Source: an uncultured Bacillota bacterium (GTDB taxonomy: Bacteria; Bacillota; Clostridia; Oscillospirales; Oscillospiraceae). Taken from it: DNA of 64,000 nucleotides. Both the position numbers and the translations under genes were made by a program. Under the pieces are notes generated by a model. The model was not told the DNA's origin. It did no database searches and saw only the letters and a program-made list of their open reading frames with translations. Position 1 is the first letter of the stretch, and each line of letters begins with the position of its first letter. The stretch lies in contig CANDCW010000002.1 of NCBI GenBank assembly GCA_947383275.1, positions 19,873 through 83,872 of the forward strand. The letters run 5' to 3'. Positions 39,907 to 50,338 of this stretch are shown here, piece by piece.

Positions 39907-41709
39907 CTATTGGGGGAGGGGAAGGCCGGAACCCGTGACGATGGGGGGAACATTCAGCGAATCAAGGGACGCTTGTATATCATCTGCGGGGACAAGGGGG
40001 GCAGTCCCTTGTCCCGGAGCGGTTTCCAGGCGTTCTACATCAAACGCGGGCTGGCAGATGCCGCCTGCCGCGGGGTAGAAGCTGATTGTTACCTTATCTC
40101 CCACATTCAGCAGAATGGCCCAGGGCACTTCACCGGCGCTGAATCCATAGTAGCCGTCCTCCGACGTATCTCCCTCCAGACGGACATAATATTGAGTGGT
40201 GCCGTTGACCACAGCGCTGCGGATTTCGGCAATTGTTCCGGTAATCTCATCGTAGGGCATCTGTTCTGTCTGGGTGACCCCCTTGTCGGTGAGCATCTGG
40301 ATATACTTCTGTTCGCAGACGGGGACGGTATCCCCGATGGCCACGATGTCATACCGGGCCACGTTAACCATGGCGTAGGTCTTTACCAGATTGGCCGCGT
40401 CCTTCAGGGGAATGAAGTAGGTGGGCTCCCCGGCGAGGTTCAGCAGCAGGGGGAAGGTAGCAGTGTAGCCCAGGTCCTGGACCACGCCCTGAGCGGAGGC
40501 CATGGCGGCGTATTCTGTGGCGCCGGGGGCGGTGTAGAAGTGGGTCTCCTTAGTGCGCATGTTGCACAGCAGGAATCCCAGGTTGGACTGGTCGGCGTTG
40601 GCGGAAGTGACCCCGGTATAGGCGTACACATCATCGTTCATGGCGATGTAATTGTAGCCGTCGGTGGTCTGAGTCACGTCCTTCTGCCCCAGGATGGAGT
40701 TGATAAAGCCGTGAATCAGGGTGCCGTAATAGTCATACTGCTGCATAATCAGCTCCGGGACGTAGAGGGTGTCCACCCAGTTGGGGACCTCCTCGCAGTA
40801 CTGGCACTGGCCGGTGACGGCGTCCACCAGCACAGCCCCCTGGATATCCACCCCGCCGAACAGGCCAATGCGCTTGACCACCCGGGGGGCGATCCAGAAG
40901 GGGTGACCCTCCTCGTTGATCTCAAATTCCGGAGTGGCAAACATCATGGTAGGGTAGTGGAAACGCAGGTGGCGCAGAATGTTCCGGTTCAGCGGCTCGG
41001 AGAAGGAGTACTTCATGCCCTCGCTCAGGCGGGTGACAGTGGCCTCCTGGGTGACCATGTCCACCACTACATAGGCGGGCAGGCCATTGCCCCGGTTGGT
41101 GAACCACTTAATCAGGTCGGCATAAGCGATGGGGGCAACCCGGACGGGCCGGCCCTGGTAGTTGATCTGGGTGGAGTCGCCCGAGTATTCAAACTGGCTG
41201 ACCATGTCGCTGAGGGTGCCCATCTGACGGTCGCCCAAAAACTCGGCGGAGGAGCGGTCCAGGGTAGGAATTTCGTTGAAGGAAATTTGAGCCACATCGG
41301 CGGCAAAGTCGCCGGTCTGGACGGTGAGCAGGCTCCGGTAGGCGGAGGCCCGGAAGATGGGCAGGGAGATGATCTGCCCCACAACGGCCACCACAACCAC
41401 AGCAGCAAAGAGGATCAACACCGGCAGGCAGCTTTTTTTGACAAACCGGAACCAGTCCTTAATTTTCTCTTTGGGTGTGCGGACAACGGAGTACTCACCC
41501 TTATCCATGGGTTTGGCGGATAGAATAAAAACGCAGACGGTGTACACCACGCACAGCAGCCCCAGGAAACTGTAGAAGTCACCTGACTGGGGATTGAGGG
41601 CGGGCAGGGAGATATAGAAGTAGACAAACCCTACCGCCGCCGTAATCAGCAGGCTGACCAGCAGACTGCCGGTTCGGCCCATAGGTTTGCGGTCCTTTTT
41701 TTCTTTCAA
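39907..41709 (-). CDS. Conserved membrane-anchored extracellular protein of unknown function
   Basis: Three N-terminal TM helices, then a large soluble domain (YTGVTS..AD.SNLGF). TTG start chosen by RBS. Confidence 0.7.
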   Translation of the reverse strand: MKEKKDRKPMGRTGSLLVSLLITAAVGFVYFYISLPALNPQSGDFYSFLGLLCVVYTVCVFILSAKPMDKGEYSVVRTPKEKIKDWFRFVKKSCLPVLILFAAVVVVAVVGQIISLPIFRASAYRSLLTVQTGDFAADVAQISFNEIPTLDRSSAEFLGDRQMGTLSDMVSQFEYSGDSTQINYQGRPVRVAPIAYADLIKWFTNRGNGLPAYVVVDMVTQEATVTRLSEGMKYSFSEPLNRNILRHLRFHYPTMMFATPEFEINEEGHPFWIAPRVVKRIGLFGGVDIQGAVLVDAVTGQCQYCEEVPNWVDTLYVPELIMQQYDYYGTLIHGFINSILGQKDVTQTTDGYNYIAMNDDVYAYTGVTSANADQSNLGFLLCNMRTKETHFYTAPGATEYAAMASAQGVVQDLGYTATFPLLLNLAGEPTYFIPLKDAANLVKTYAMVNVARYDIVAIGDTVPVCEQKYIQMLTDKGVTQTEQMPYDEITGTIAEIRSAVVNGTTQYYVRLEGDTSEDGYYGFSAGEVPWAILLNVGDKVTISFYPAAGGICQPAFDVERLETAPGQGTAPLVPADDIQASLDSLNVPPIVTGSGLPLPQ

Positions 41710-41918
41710 AGCAAGATTCTCCTCTCTGACGGCAGGGGAGGCCATTGGCTGCCCGCCGCTTTCTATATAGCATATACGCTTTTTGGGAAAAAAGCAATGA
41801 ATAGAAGATTAAATTTTAAAAGTCTTGCCAAACAGGGAAAGATTCAATATAATGGTAAGGCAAAAAGGAAAGAACGGAGCAATGGAGTTTTGCACAAAAA
41901 CGGTTGGAGGAGAGTATC

Positions 41919-43403
41919 ATGGCACTTGACATGAAATATTTTGAAGAGATGGAAGCAAAAATCCCCAAGGGAAAGGTGCGCACCCGGTTTGCGCCCTCTC
42001 CCACGGGTTACATGCACGTAGGCAACCTGCGCACGGCGCTGTACACCTGGCTGATTGCCCGAAACGCCGGGGGGACGTTTATCCTGCGCATTGAAGATAC
42101 CGACCAGGGCCGTCTGGTGGAGGGCGCTACCGATGTCATTTATAAGACGCTGGCCGAATGCAGGCTGGACCACGATGAGGGGCCTGACGTGGGCGGCCCT
42201 GTGGCCCCCTACATTCAATCGGAGCGGCGGGACACCTATGGCAAATATGCCCGCCTGCTCATTGAGAAAGGCTACGCCTACTACTGTTTCTGTGAAAAGG
42301 TGGAGAGCGGGGAGGACTCGGGCGAGTTTGAGAGGGCCGGCGACCCCTGCCGCGCCCTGCCTCCGGAGGAGGCTCAGGCCCGGGCGGATGCCGGGGAGCC
42401 CTACGTCATCCGTCAAAAAATTCCGCAGGAGGGGACTACCACGTTCCACGACGCCATCTTTGGCGATATTACTGTGGAAAATAAGACGCTTGATGACCAG
42501 GTGCTCATCAAACGAGACGGTATGCCCACTTACAACTTCGCCAATGTCATTGACGATCACCTGATGGGCATCACCCACGTGGTTCGAGGCAGCGAATATC
42601 TGTCCTCCGCCCCCAAGTACAATCTGCTCTATGAGGGCTTCGGTTGGGACATTCCCACCTATGTCCACTGCTCTCCCGTTATGCGGGACGCCCAAAATAA
42701 GATGTCCAAACGCCACGGCGACCCTTCTTATGAAGACCTGAAGGACCAGGGCTTCCTCACAGAAGCTATCCTTAACTATGTGGCCCTGCTGGGCTGGTCT
42801 CCCCGGGGTGACATCGCGGAGCAGGAGATCTTTTCCCTGGAGGAGCTGGCCCGCGCGTTCGACCTGGCGGGCATGTCCAAGTCTCCCGCCATCTTCGACA
42901 TTGAGAAGCTGACCCATTTTAACGCCCTATACCTCCGCGCCATGTCCCCGGAAGACTTTGCCCAGGCTGCCGCGCCTTATATCAGGCAGGCTGTAAAGGA
43001 TGAGCGCCTGCCGCTTTCTGAGATTGCCGCGCTGCTTCAGGCACGGTGCGAAAAGCTTACCGACATTCCGGAGAAGGTGGCCTTTTTCAACGCGCTTCCG
43101 GAGTATGGTGTGGACCTGTTTACCAACAAGAAGTCTAAGACCAACCCGGAGGTCTCCAAGGCCATGCTGAAGGCTGCCATTCCCATGCTGGAGGAGATCC
43201 CCAATTGGACACAAGATGCCGTCCATGACGGTTTGGTGGCTTTGGCGGAACAGCTGGAGGTCAAGAACGCCACTCTTATGTGGCCGGTGCGTATTGCTGC
43301 GGCTGGTCAGGCGGTTACCCCTGGAGGTGCGGTGGAAATCTGCTGCATCTTGGGGAAAGAAGAGACCCTCCGCCGCTTGAGACTGGGCCTGGACAAGCTA
43401 TAA
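41919..43403 (+). CDS. gltX: Glutamyl-tRNA synthetase
   Basis: RFAPSPTG.MHVGN, LRIEDTD, THVVRG, KMSKR. Confidence 0.97.
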   Translation: MALDMKYFEEMEAKIPKGKVRTRFAPSPTGYMHVGNLRTALYTWLIARNAGGTFILRIEDTDQGRLVEGATDVIYKTLAECRLDHDEGPDVGGPVAPYIQSERRDTYGKYARLLIEKGYAYYCFCEKVESGEDSGEFERAGDPCRALPPEEAQARADAGEPYVIRQKIPQEGTTTFHDAIFGDITVENKTLDDQVLIKRDGMPTYNFANVIDDHLMGITHVVRGSEYLSSAPKYNLLYEGFGWDIPTYVHCSPVMRDAQNKMSKRHGDPSYEDLKDQGFLTEAILNYVALLGWSPRGDIAEQEIFSLEELARAFDLAGMSKSPAIFDIEKLTHFNALYLRAMSPEDFAQAAAPYIRQAVKDERLPLSEIAALLQARCEKLTDIPEKVAFFNALPEYGVDLFTNKKSKTNPEVSKAMLKAAIPMLEEIPNWTQDAVHDGLVALAEQLEVKNATLMWPVRIAAAGQAVTPGGAVEICCILGKEETLRRLRLGLDKL

Positions 43404-43404
43404 T

Positions 43405-43440
43405 GTGACAAGAGCCGCCTGCCTGGCGGCTCTTGTCATA
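43405..43440. terminator. Terminator between gltX and the LysR gene
   Basis: TGACAAGAGCCGCC / GGCGGCTCTTGTCA. Confidence 0.75.
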
Positions 43441-43476
43441 TTAAGTGCGCTGGCGGCGATTTTTAACCGCCCGCTT

Positions 43477-44358
43477 TTATCGAACCCAAGTTTTAGAAAA
43501 CTGGACCGCCGTATCCACCAAAGGGGAGGCCACATCCTTTCTGCAGGCTACCCCCACTTCTTTTACAATTGGCTCGTTCAATTTCAATTCGGCAACGCCG
43601 CTGAAAGGGTGGACCCTGAACTCCTCTGAGGGAAGCAGCGCCACGCCCAGTCCGCCCCGAACCATGTACAGACCCATTGTGGGGCTGGCCGAACGGCAGA
43701 TAATACGAGGTTCAAAACCCGCCTTTCGGCAAGCGGCCAAGCAGAGTTCCGAGGCCACCTGGCCCGTCTGGTGAAAGATAAAGTCCTCATCCTTCAGCTC
43801 TTCCAGGCTGACATGGTCCCTCCTTGCCAGGGGATGGATGGTGGGGACCGCTAAGGAGTACACGTCCTCACCCAATTTAAAAAACTCCAAGCCAGTTGGA
43901 ATGCCGGATATAGGACGGTTTAAAAATGCTGCGTCAATTTTCCGTTCCAGCAGCTGTTCGAACAGACGGTAGGTGCCATCCTGCACGATATTGAGGGAGA
44001 CCTCCGGATAGCTGCCGCAGAAAGCGGACAACAGACCGCCGAAATCAATGCATTGCAGGCTGGTGATTATGCCCAGATTCAGCGTGCCCCTGCGCACCCC
44101 GGCGTATAGGGACATCTTGGCCTGAAGGGCGTCGGCCCGCTGCACAATCTCCTGGGCCATATGGACAAATTCACGGCCTGCCTCGGTAAGCGCGGTACCT
44201 CTGGAGCTGCGGGTAAACAGGGCAACGCCCAGGTCCTTTTCCAGCCGGGAGACCTGTTGAGACAGGGCGGGCTGGCCTACATGGCAGGCTTGGGCCGCCA
44301 TGGAAAAGTTCTTGTATTCCGCCACCGCCAATACGTAGCGCATCGTGTAAAGTTCCAC
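43477..44358 (-). CDS. LysR family regulator
   Basis: NFSMAA..CHVGQPALSQQV..LE..LG..LF.R HTH. Confidence 0.93.
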   Translation of the reverse strand: MELYTMRYVLAVAEYKNFSMAAQACHVGQPALSQQVSRLEKDLGVALFTRSSRGTALTEAGREFVHMAQEIVQRADALQAKMSLYAGVRRGTLNLGIITSLQCIDFGGLLSAFCGSYPEVSLNIVQDGTYRLFEQLLERKIDAAFLNRPISGIPTGLEFFKLGEDVYSLAVPTIHPLARRDHVSLEELKDEDFIFHQTGQVASELCLAACRKAGFEPRIICRSASPTMGLYMVRGGLGVALLPSEEFRVHPFSGVAELKLNEPIVKEVGVACRKDVASPLVDTAVQFSKTWVR

Positions 44359-44482
44359 GAAACTACCTCCACCGTTCATTTGTTAAATATCCCAAAAAAC
44401 TTGCAGCTCTTTGTGCAAAATAGATTGCTTTCCCTTATATTATCCCTCCTGTTTCCGGACTGTCAAGCCTTTTTTAGCTCAT

Positions 44483-44501
44483 CTATCATTCTTTCTGATA
44501 G
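44483..44501. promoter_or_regulatory. Probable LysR binding dyad
   Basis: CTATCA-N7-TGATAG (contains T-N11-A) in the divergent intergenic region. Confidence 0.55.
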
Positions 44502-44605
44502 CGGACTTCACAAAAAAGAATTGGACTTTGCCGCCCCGCTGAGGTATTGTGTTTTCACAGACAGGAACTTCATTTTTCAGATTTACAGAAAGGACTGATA
44601 TTCGA

Positions 44606-45451
44606 ATGACTCCCTTCTATTTCACCGAAAAGGACGTGGAGAGGCTGGAGAAGCAGGCGGTCCAGATCCGGCAGGACATCGTCTCCATGATCCACGCCGC
44701 TAAGGCTGGGCATCCCGGCGGCTCGCTGTCCGCTGTGGAGATGGTCACCGCACTGTACTTCCATGTGATGAACATCGACCCCCAGAACCCCAAATGGGCC
44801 GACCGGGACCGGTTTATTCTCTCCAAAGGCCACTCCTGCCCGGTCATGTACGCCGCGCTGGCACGCCGGGGATACTTTGATCCGGCCCTCCTCAACACCC
44901 TGCGGCAGTATCATTCCATCCTCCAGGGCCACCCCGATATGAACAAGACGCCCGGTGTGGACATGACGGCCGGTTCCTTGGGCAACGGCCTGTCTGTAGG
45001 GGTGGGCATGGCTCTGTCGGGCAAGCTCCATCACCAGGATTACATGACTTACGTTATGCTGGGTGACGGCGAGATCCAGGAGGGTATGGTGTGGGAAGCG
45101 GCTATGGCAGCCAATCACCACGATCTGAAAAACCTGGTGGCCATTGTGGACTGCAATGGTGTGCAGATCAACGGCTGGACCAACGAGATCATGACCGTGG
45201 AGCCGATTGCAGATAAGTGGCGCTCCTTCGGCTGGAAGGTGGTGGAGGTTAACGGGCACAACATGAAAGATGTGCTGACAGCCCTCCACACAGCCAAAAC
45301 CATGCGCCATCCCACGGCAATTTTGATGCGCACGGTAAAAGGTAAGGGCGTCTCCTTCATGGAGGATGAGAGCAAGTGGCACGGCGCGGCGCCCAGCGAC
45401 GAGGAACTGGTCAAGGCTATCAGTGAAATCAAGGAAGGCGGTGTGGTATAA
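44606..45451 (+). CDS. Transketolase, N-terminal (TPP-binding) subunit
   Basis: GHPGGSLS, DRFILSKGH, LQGHP, GDGE..EG..WE, WHG. Confidence 0.93.
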   Translation: MTPFYFTEKDVERLEKQAVQIRQDIVSMIHAAKAGHPGGSLSAVEMVTALYFHVMNIDPQNPKWADRDRFILSKGHSCPVMYAALARRGYFDPALLNTLRQYHSILQGHPDMNKTPGVDMTAGSLGNGLSVGVGMALSGKLHHQDYMTYVMLGDGEIQEGMVWEAAMAANHHDLKNLVAIVDCNGVQINGWTNEIMTVEPIADKWRSFGWKVVEVNGHNMKDVLTALHTAKTMRHPTAILMRTVKGKGVSFMEDESKWHGAAPSDEELVKAISEIKEGGVV

Positions 45452-46389
45452 TGGGAACGATTGCAACCAGAATGGCGTTCGGTCAGGAGCTGATCGAAAT
45501 TGCCAAGACCAATGAGAATTTTGTTGTGTGCAATGCCGATACCAAGACCTGCGGGCTGGAAAAGTTCGGCAAGCTCTTTCCGGAGCGCGAATTTTCCTTT
45601 GGTATCGCGGAGCAAAATCTGGTAGGGGCCTCCGCCGGCCTGGCCGCCTGCGGCAATAAGGTTTTTCTGGCGACCTTTGCGGTGTTTGCCTCCATGCGGG
45701 CATGTGAGCAGGTGCGTACTTTCGTGTGCTACCCCAACCTGAACGTTACCATCATTGGTACCCACGCCGGGCTTCAGGTGGGTGGTGACGGAGCTACCCA
45801 CGCCGCCATTGAAGATGTTGCGATTATGCGCGCTTTTCCCAACATGACAGTGGTCCAGCCTGCCGATGCAGTAGCTGCCAAGGCTCTGGCCCACGCCGCC
45901 GTGGACTTTACCGGTCCGCTGTATGTCCGGCTTCACCGGAATCCGGTAGCTGATTTCTACGATCCCAACACCTACAAATTTGAGTGGGGCAAGGCACACA
46001 CCGTTGTGGACAACGGTACGGACATGACCATGATTGTATCCGGGATACTGTTGAAGAAAGCAGTGGATGCCGCTACGGCTTTGAAGGAACAGGGAATCAA
46101 CGTCCGGGTGCTGGATATGGCCACCATCAAGCCTCTGGACGCGGAGGCCGTTATCAAGGCCGCCAAGGAGACCGGCGCCATCATGACCATTGAGGACCAC
46201 ACTATTTTTGGTGGCCTGGGCAGCGCAGTATCCGAAGTTGTGGTGCAAAACTGTCCCGTTCCCATGGAGATCGTGGGTATTCAGGACCGCTTTGGCGAAT
46301 CCGGCGACCCGGAGCTGATCTACCGGGACCACGGAATGGACACCGAGTCCATTATCGCTAAGGCCAAAGCCCTGGTGGGCCGCAAGTGA
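45451..46389 (+). CDS. Transketolase, C-terminal subunit
   Basis: GIAEQN, RACEQVR, DGATH, EDH..GGLGS, D.FGESG. Confidence 0.93.
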   Translation: MGTIATRMAFGQELIEIAKTNENFVVCNADTKTCGLEKFGKLFPEREFSFGIAEQNLVGASAGLAACGNKVFLATFAVFASMRACEQVRTFVCYPNLNVTIIGTHAGLQVGGDGATHAAIEDVAIMRAFPNMTVVQPADAVAAKALAHAAVDFTGPLYVRLHRNPVADFYDPNTYKFEWGKAHTVVDNGTDMTMIVSGILLKKAVDAATALKEQGINVRVLDMATIKPLDAEAVIKAAKETGAIMTIEDHTIFGGLGSAVSEVVVQNCPVPMEIVGIQDRFGESGDPELIYRDHGMDTESIIAKAKALVGRK

Positions 46390-46413
46390 TATTTGGAAAA
46401 GGGGTACGCAGCC

Positions 46414-46824
46414 ATGGATATCGGGTGCTGTGTGAATATGCTGCCCAAGGAGCCCAATAACCGTACGGAAACAAACATGCTTAATACATTTTTTGATGTG
46501 GTTGCTCTGGCCAAAGCGGTAAACCATCCCAATGTCCGCTGCCTTCAAGATTATTACCATCTGAAAATGGAAAATGATACTGTAGACAGCTTGTTGGAGT
46601 ATGGAGAGGAGTTTTTAGTTCACTCCCACTTTGCCAGGCTGGAGGGCCGCAGTTTTCCAAAAAATGTGACAGAGGACGAGTATTATCCAATTTATTTTAA
46701 AGCGCTGAAAGACATTGGTTATAAGGGCGGCGTAAGCATGGAGGAATTTCCCGCCAGTCAAAGCAGCTTTGCCCAGGAAGCAAAGATTGCTTGTGAGTTT
46801 CTGAGAAATGCTACTCAATCATGA
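46414..46824 (+). pseudogene. Internally deleted sugar-phosphate isomerase/epimerase (xylose-isomerase-like TIM barrel)
   Basis: N-terminal MDIGCCVNML is joined directly to the mid-protein EPxNRxETN motif, then DYYH, H.H.A and GY.G..S.E. Only about 136 aa. Confidence 0.65.
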
Positions 46825-46855
46825 TCTCATAAAAATTGAAAGGACGTGTGTTTCT

Positions 46856-47533
46856 ATGTCAGCTCCTCATGTCTGTATTCTCCAGACCAGCTTTGCCAAG
46901 AGGGAGGACACTGTGGCCTTTTTGAAGGAAAAGGTCCCCGGCGTCCGGGTGGAGTTCATCACCGACAGCACTCTGCTCTCTGATGTCCGGGCCAACGGCG
47001 GTCCCACCCAGGCAGTCATTGACCGGATGACCCTCTATGCCAAGGCAGCGGAAATCTCGGGCGCGGACCTGATTGTCAATTCCTGCTCCACGGTGGGCGA
47101 GGTGGCGGATATCTATGAGAAGGAAGTCAGTATTCCTGTCATGAAGATTGATCTGCCAATGGCAAAGGAGGCGGTAAGCCTGGGTACGAAAATAGCCCTC
47201 ATCGCCACCCTGGAAACTACCTTGGGGCCCAGCCAGCGTCTGATTGAAAAGGTGGGCGCGGAGCAGGGAAAGAAGATGGAATGTACTCAGTTCCTGCAAA
47301 ATCCCGCTTGGGATGCCCTTCAGGCCGGCCACCCCGAGGAGCACAACCGCATCCTGATGGAGAGCATCCGGGAGTTGGACAAGCAAGGCTATGACGCTAT
47401 TGTTATGGCTCAGGTGTCCATGCGGGCTCTGCTTCCCGATCTGAAAGATGTGAAAACACCCCTGTTGTGCAGTTTCTTTACCGGCTACGGCGCCATTGCC
47501 GATAAGCTAAATGAAATTGCCGCGCAGAAATAA
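46856..47533 (+). CDS. Asp/Glu/hydantoin racemase-like protein
   Basis: GAD.I..SCST, ID.PMA, IAT..TT and D.IV.AQ.SM. Confidence 0.8.
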   Translation: MSAPHVCILQTSFAKREDTVAFLKEKVPGVRVEFITDSTLLSDVRANGGPTQAVIDRMTLYAKAAEISGADLIVNSCSTVGEVADIYEKEVSIPVMKIDLPMAKEAVSLGTKIALIATLETTLGPSQRLIEKVGAEQGKKMECTQFLQNPAWDALQAGHPEEHNRILMESIRELDKQGYDAIVMAQVSMRALLPDLKDVKTPLLCSFFTGYGAIADKLNEIAAQK

Positions 47534-47593
47534 ATCCGAGACGCCGCGCAAGGCACTGGTGCGGCGTCCTTTTTTATAAGGAAGGTATTTTTG

Positions 47594-48412
47594 ATGAACC
47601 ATATGTTTTCGCTGGCTTATTTGACGGTCCCTGGAACTCACCCCGCCGATCTGGTGGAGTTGGCTGCAGCCTGCGGCTACAACGGAGTCAGTCCTCGTTT
47701 TATTTCTATGCGCCTGCCTGGCGAACCGGATTTCAGTCTGGAAAATGAAGGCGTCTACCTCAGCGTTCGGGATGCCTTGGAACGCACCCATATCCCACTG
47801 ATGGATATTGAGCTGGCCAGAATCGGAGATGGGATTGATGTACTGTCCTACGAAAAAAACATTGCCCGGGCCGCTGAGCTGGGGGCAAAGTATATCATCT
47901 CCAGCGTCTGGACAGAGGATCATGTCTTTGCGCTGAATGAGATGAAAAAGCTGTGCGATTTGGCGGAAAAGTATCAGCTCCTCGTTAATCTGGAATTTAT
48001 GTCTTTCTCAGGCATCCGCACGCTGGACGAGGCTGAAAACATGATCCGGGCTGTTGGCCATTCCAACCTGAGATTAATGATTGACTGCCTCCACGCCCAC
48101 CGGGCCGGTGTAACCCAGTCTATGCTGGAGGCAGTACCGCAGGAAAAATTTGGATTTGTCCACCTCTGCGACGGCCCCGCGTGGATTCCTCCCGTAGACC
48201 ATCCGGATATGACCGGAGTGGCCCGTTCCGGCCGCTTGTACGTTGGAGAAGGGGCGGTTGATATCGCGGGCCTGTTGAAAGGAGTAGGAAAGGTTCCTTA
48301 CTATTCTATCGAGCTGCCGAACACGGCTGAGATGGACGCCCGGGGAAAATTTGGACATGCCAAGCGCTGTCTTGAAACCGCAAAAGCCTTTTTAGAAAAA
48401 AACGGACTTTAA
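47594..48412 (+). CDS. Sugar phosphate isomerase/epimerase (TIM barrel)
   Basis: SLA.LT, LEFM, D.LH..R, HLCD, R..VGEG, SIELP. Confidence 0.85.
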   Translation: MNHMFSLAYLTVPGTHPADLVELAAACGYNGVSPRFISMRLPGEPDFSLENEGVYLSVRDALERTHIPLMDIELARIGDGIDVLSYEKNIARAAELGAKYIISSVWTEDHVFALNEMKKLCDLAEKYQLLVNLEFMSFSGIRTLDEAENMIRAVGHSNLRLMIDCLHAHRAGVTQSMLEAVPQEKFGFVHLCDGPAWIPPVDHPDMTGVARSGRLYVGEGAVDIAGLLKGVGKVPYYSIELPNTAEMDARGKFGHAKRCLETAKAFLEKNGL

Positions 48413-48452
48413 GCCTTGGTTGAAAAATGACAAAACGCCCAGCGGAGGATTC

Positions 48453-48484
48453 AAAAACCCGCCCCGATCGGGGCGGGTCGTTTT
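48453..48484. terminator. Bidirectional terminator
   Basis: AAAAACCCGCCCCG / CGGGGCGGGTCGTTTT. Confidence 0.75.
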
Positions 48485-48486
48485 CA

Positions 48487-49728
48487 TTATTTGGCCAGGA
48501 CTTTTTTCAGGCGGGCAAAGCGGGGGAGGGAGTTCTCGGTAGGAGCCTGGGCGGCGCCCTGAATGAGGGGCAGTGCATAGTCGATGAAGTCCTGGGTCAC
48601 ACCGTTGTGATCAGCGTTGATCCACTCCATAGGAACCTTCTTCTCGAAGTTGGCTACCTCGGACAGATTGAACAGCTTGGTCTCGCACTTGTAATGACCG
48701 CCCTCGCGGGTGCAGACAAAGCCCACCATCTTATCGGTCTCGCCGGCTACAGCGGCCTCCACAGCGGTCTTGCCAGCCAAGAAGGACTCATCGATGTCGG
48801 TGCGGGAGGCCAGATGTGCGCCGCAGCGCTGGAGCAGGGACAGCTCAATGCCCCGCACCTTGGCGCCGGTGCGCTCCTTGACCACATTGGCCAACAGAGC
48901 TGCCAGGCCGCCCAGCTGAGCATGGCCGAAGCCATCGGTGGCAGAGGTCTTGGCCTCAGAGACAAAGGTGCCATCGGCGTAGTGAATGCCCTCGGAGACA
49001 GCGGCGATACAGTTGCCCTTCTCCTTATAAATGCGGTCCACGTCGGACAGGAACTTATCCATATCGAAGTCAACCTCGGGGAGGTAGACCAAATCAGGGG
49101 CGCATCCAGCAACCCCAGCCAGGGCTGCCGCGCCAGCCAACCAGCCGGCGTGACGGCCCATAATCTCGATTATGGTCACCATGCCGGTGTCATATACCCG
49201 GGCATCCTTGTACACCTCGGCGCAGGAGGTAGCGATATACTTGGCGGCGGAGGCGAAGCCGGGGCAGTGGTCGGTGCCGAACAAGTCGTTGTCGATGGTC
49301 TTGGGCACGCCCATGATGCGGCACTCATAGCCCACCTTCTGCATATATTTGCTGATTTTGTTGCAGGTGTCCATGGAGTCGTTGCCGCCGTTGTAGAAGA
49401 AGTAGCGCACATCGTACTTCTTGAAAATTTCCAGGATGCGCTTGTAGTCGGTGTCGTCGGCGTCGGGGTCGGCGATCTTGTAGCGGCAGGAGCCCAGCTC
49501 AGAGGAGGGGGTGTTGAGCAGCAGTTCCAGCTCCTTGGCGTCCTCCTGGCCCATGTCGTACAGCTTATCGTTGAGCACGCCCTTGATGCCGTGGGCCGCG
49601 CCATAGACCGCGGTGATGTCAGGGCTGTCCAGGGCGGTGCGGATCACGCCGTAGGCGCTGGCGTTGATGACGGAAGTTGGGCCGCCGGACTGACCGATAA
49701 TCAGGGCGCCCTTCAATGTGTTGCTCAT
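48487..49728 (-). CDS. pfkA: 6-phosphofructokinase, likely PPi-dependent
   Basis: GQSGGPT, GGNDS (Asp at the phosphoryl-donor position), PKTIDND, MGRHAG. Confidence 0.9.
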   Translation of the reverse strand: MSNTLKGALIIGQSGGPTSVINASAYGVIRTALDSPDITAVYGAAHGIKGVLNDKLYDMGQEDAKELELLLNTPSSELGSCRYKIADPDADDTDYKRILEIFKKYDVRYFFYNGGNDSMDTCNKISKYMQKVGYECRIMGVPKTIDNDLFGTDHCPGFASAAKYIATSCAEVYKDARVYDTGMVTIIEIMGRHAGWLAGAAALAGVAGCAPDLVYLPEVDFDMDKFLSDVDRIYKEKGNCIAAVSEGIHYADGTFVSEAKTSATDGFGHAQLGGLAALLANVVKERTGAKVRGIELSLLQRCGAHLASRTDIDESFLAGKTAVEAAVAGETDKMVGFVCTREGGHYKCETKLFNLSEVANFEKKVPMEWINADHNGVTQDFIDYALPLIQGAAQAPTENSLPRFARLKKVLAK

Positions 49729-49901
49729 GTTGATTACCTCCAAATTTAAAATATCCTTGGTGGAATGGGAAACTCTTTTCTCGCGGATATTATAGCAAAA
49801 ATTTCCGGAGTTGTAAACGGAAAGAATAGCTGACCTTGGATTGAATTTTGGGACGGATAATGGTAAAATCAGAGTGAAAAGCGGTGATTGGAGGGGATAC
49901 T

Positions 49902-50216
49902 ATGTTGCTGGCCATCCATGGAGCGGTCGTTGGGGCATTGGTGTTGCTGGGCATCATATTTTTGAAAGGAAAGGGCTCTTTTCTGATTGCCGGCTACAAT
50001 ACCGCATCAAAAACAGAAAAGGAGAAGATTGATGAAAAGAAGCTGTGCACGTGTGTAGGTATGCTGATGTTTGCCCTGGCCGGCTGCTTCTTTATCGTGA
50101 TGCTGAGCGATATATTCCATAAAATGTGGATTTTATGGCTGGGGCTCGGGTTGGTTTTTGCCGTAAGTATTGGTGGTATCATCTATATCAATACCAGAGA
50201 CCGGATCAAAAAGTAA
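49902..50216 (+). CDS. DUF3784 family membrane protein
   Basis: GKGSFLIAGYNT....EKEK.D.KKL, three TM helices. Confidence 0.85.
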   Translation: MLLAIHGAVVGALVLLGIIFLKGKGSFLIAGYNTASKTEKEKIDEKKLCTCVGMLMFALAGCFFIVMLSDIFHKMWILWLGLGLVFAVSIGGIIYINTRDRIKK

Positions 50217-50338
50217 AAGATGAAAAATCATTCACAAATCTTACAAAAGCAAAGCTTGTAAGGTTTACAGACGCCGCGTAATCTGATATAATTTGCTTAT
50301 CAGTTTACCGGATTGGTCAAACGAAAGGAGATGTTACA

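Noticed and set aside
39904..41523. Long antisense ORFs (also 11048-12217, 21813-23063, 45115-46560, 48427-49749, 50437-51675)
   Set aside because: These are opposite-strand shadows of well-supported genes, expected at high GC3.
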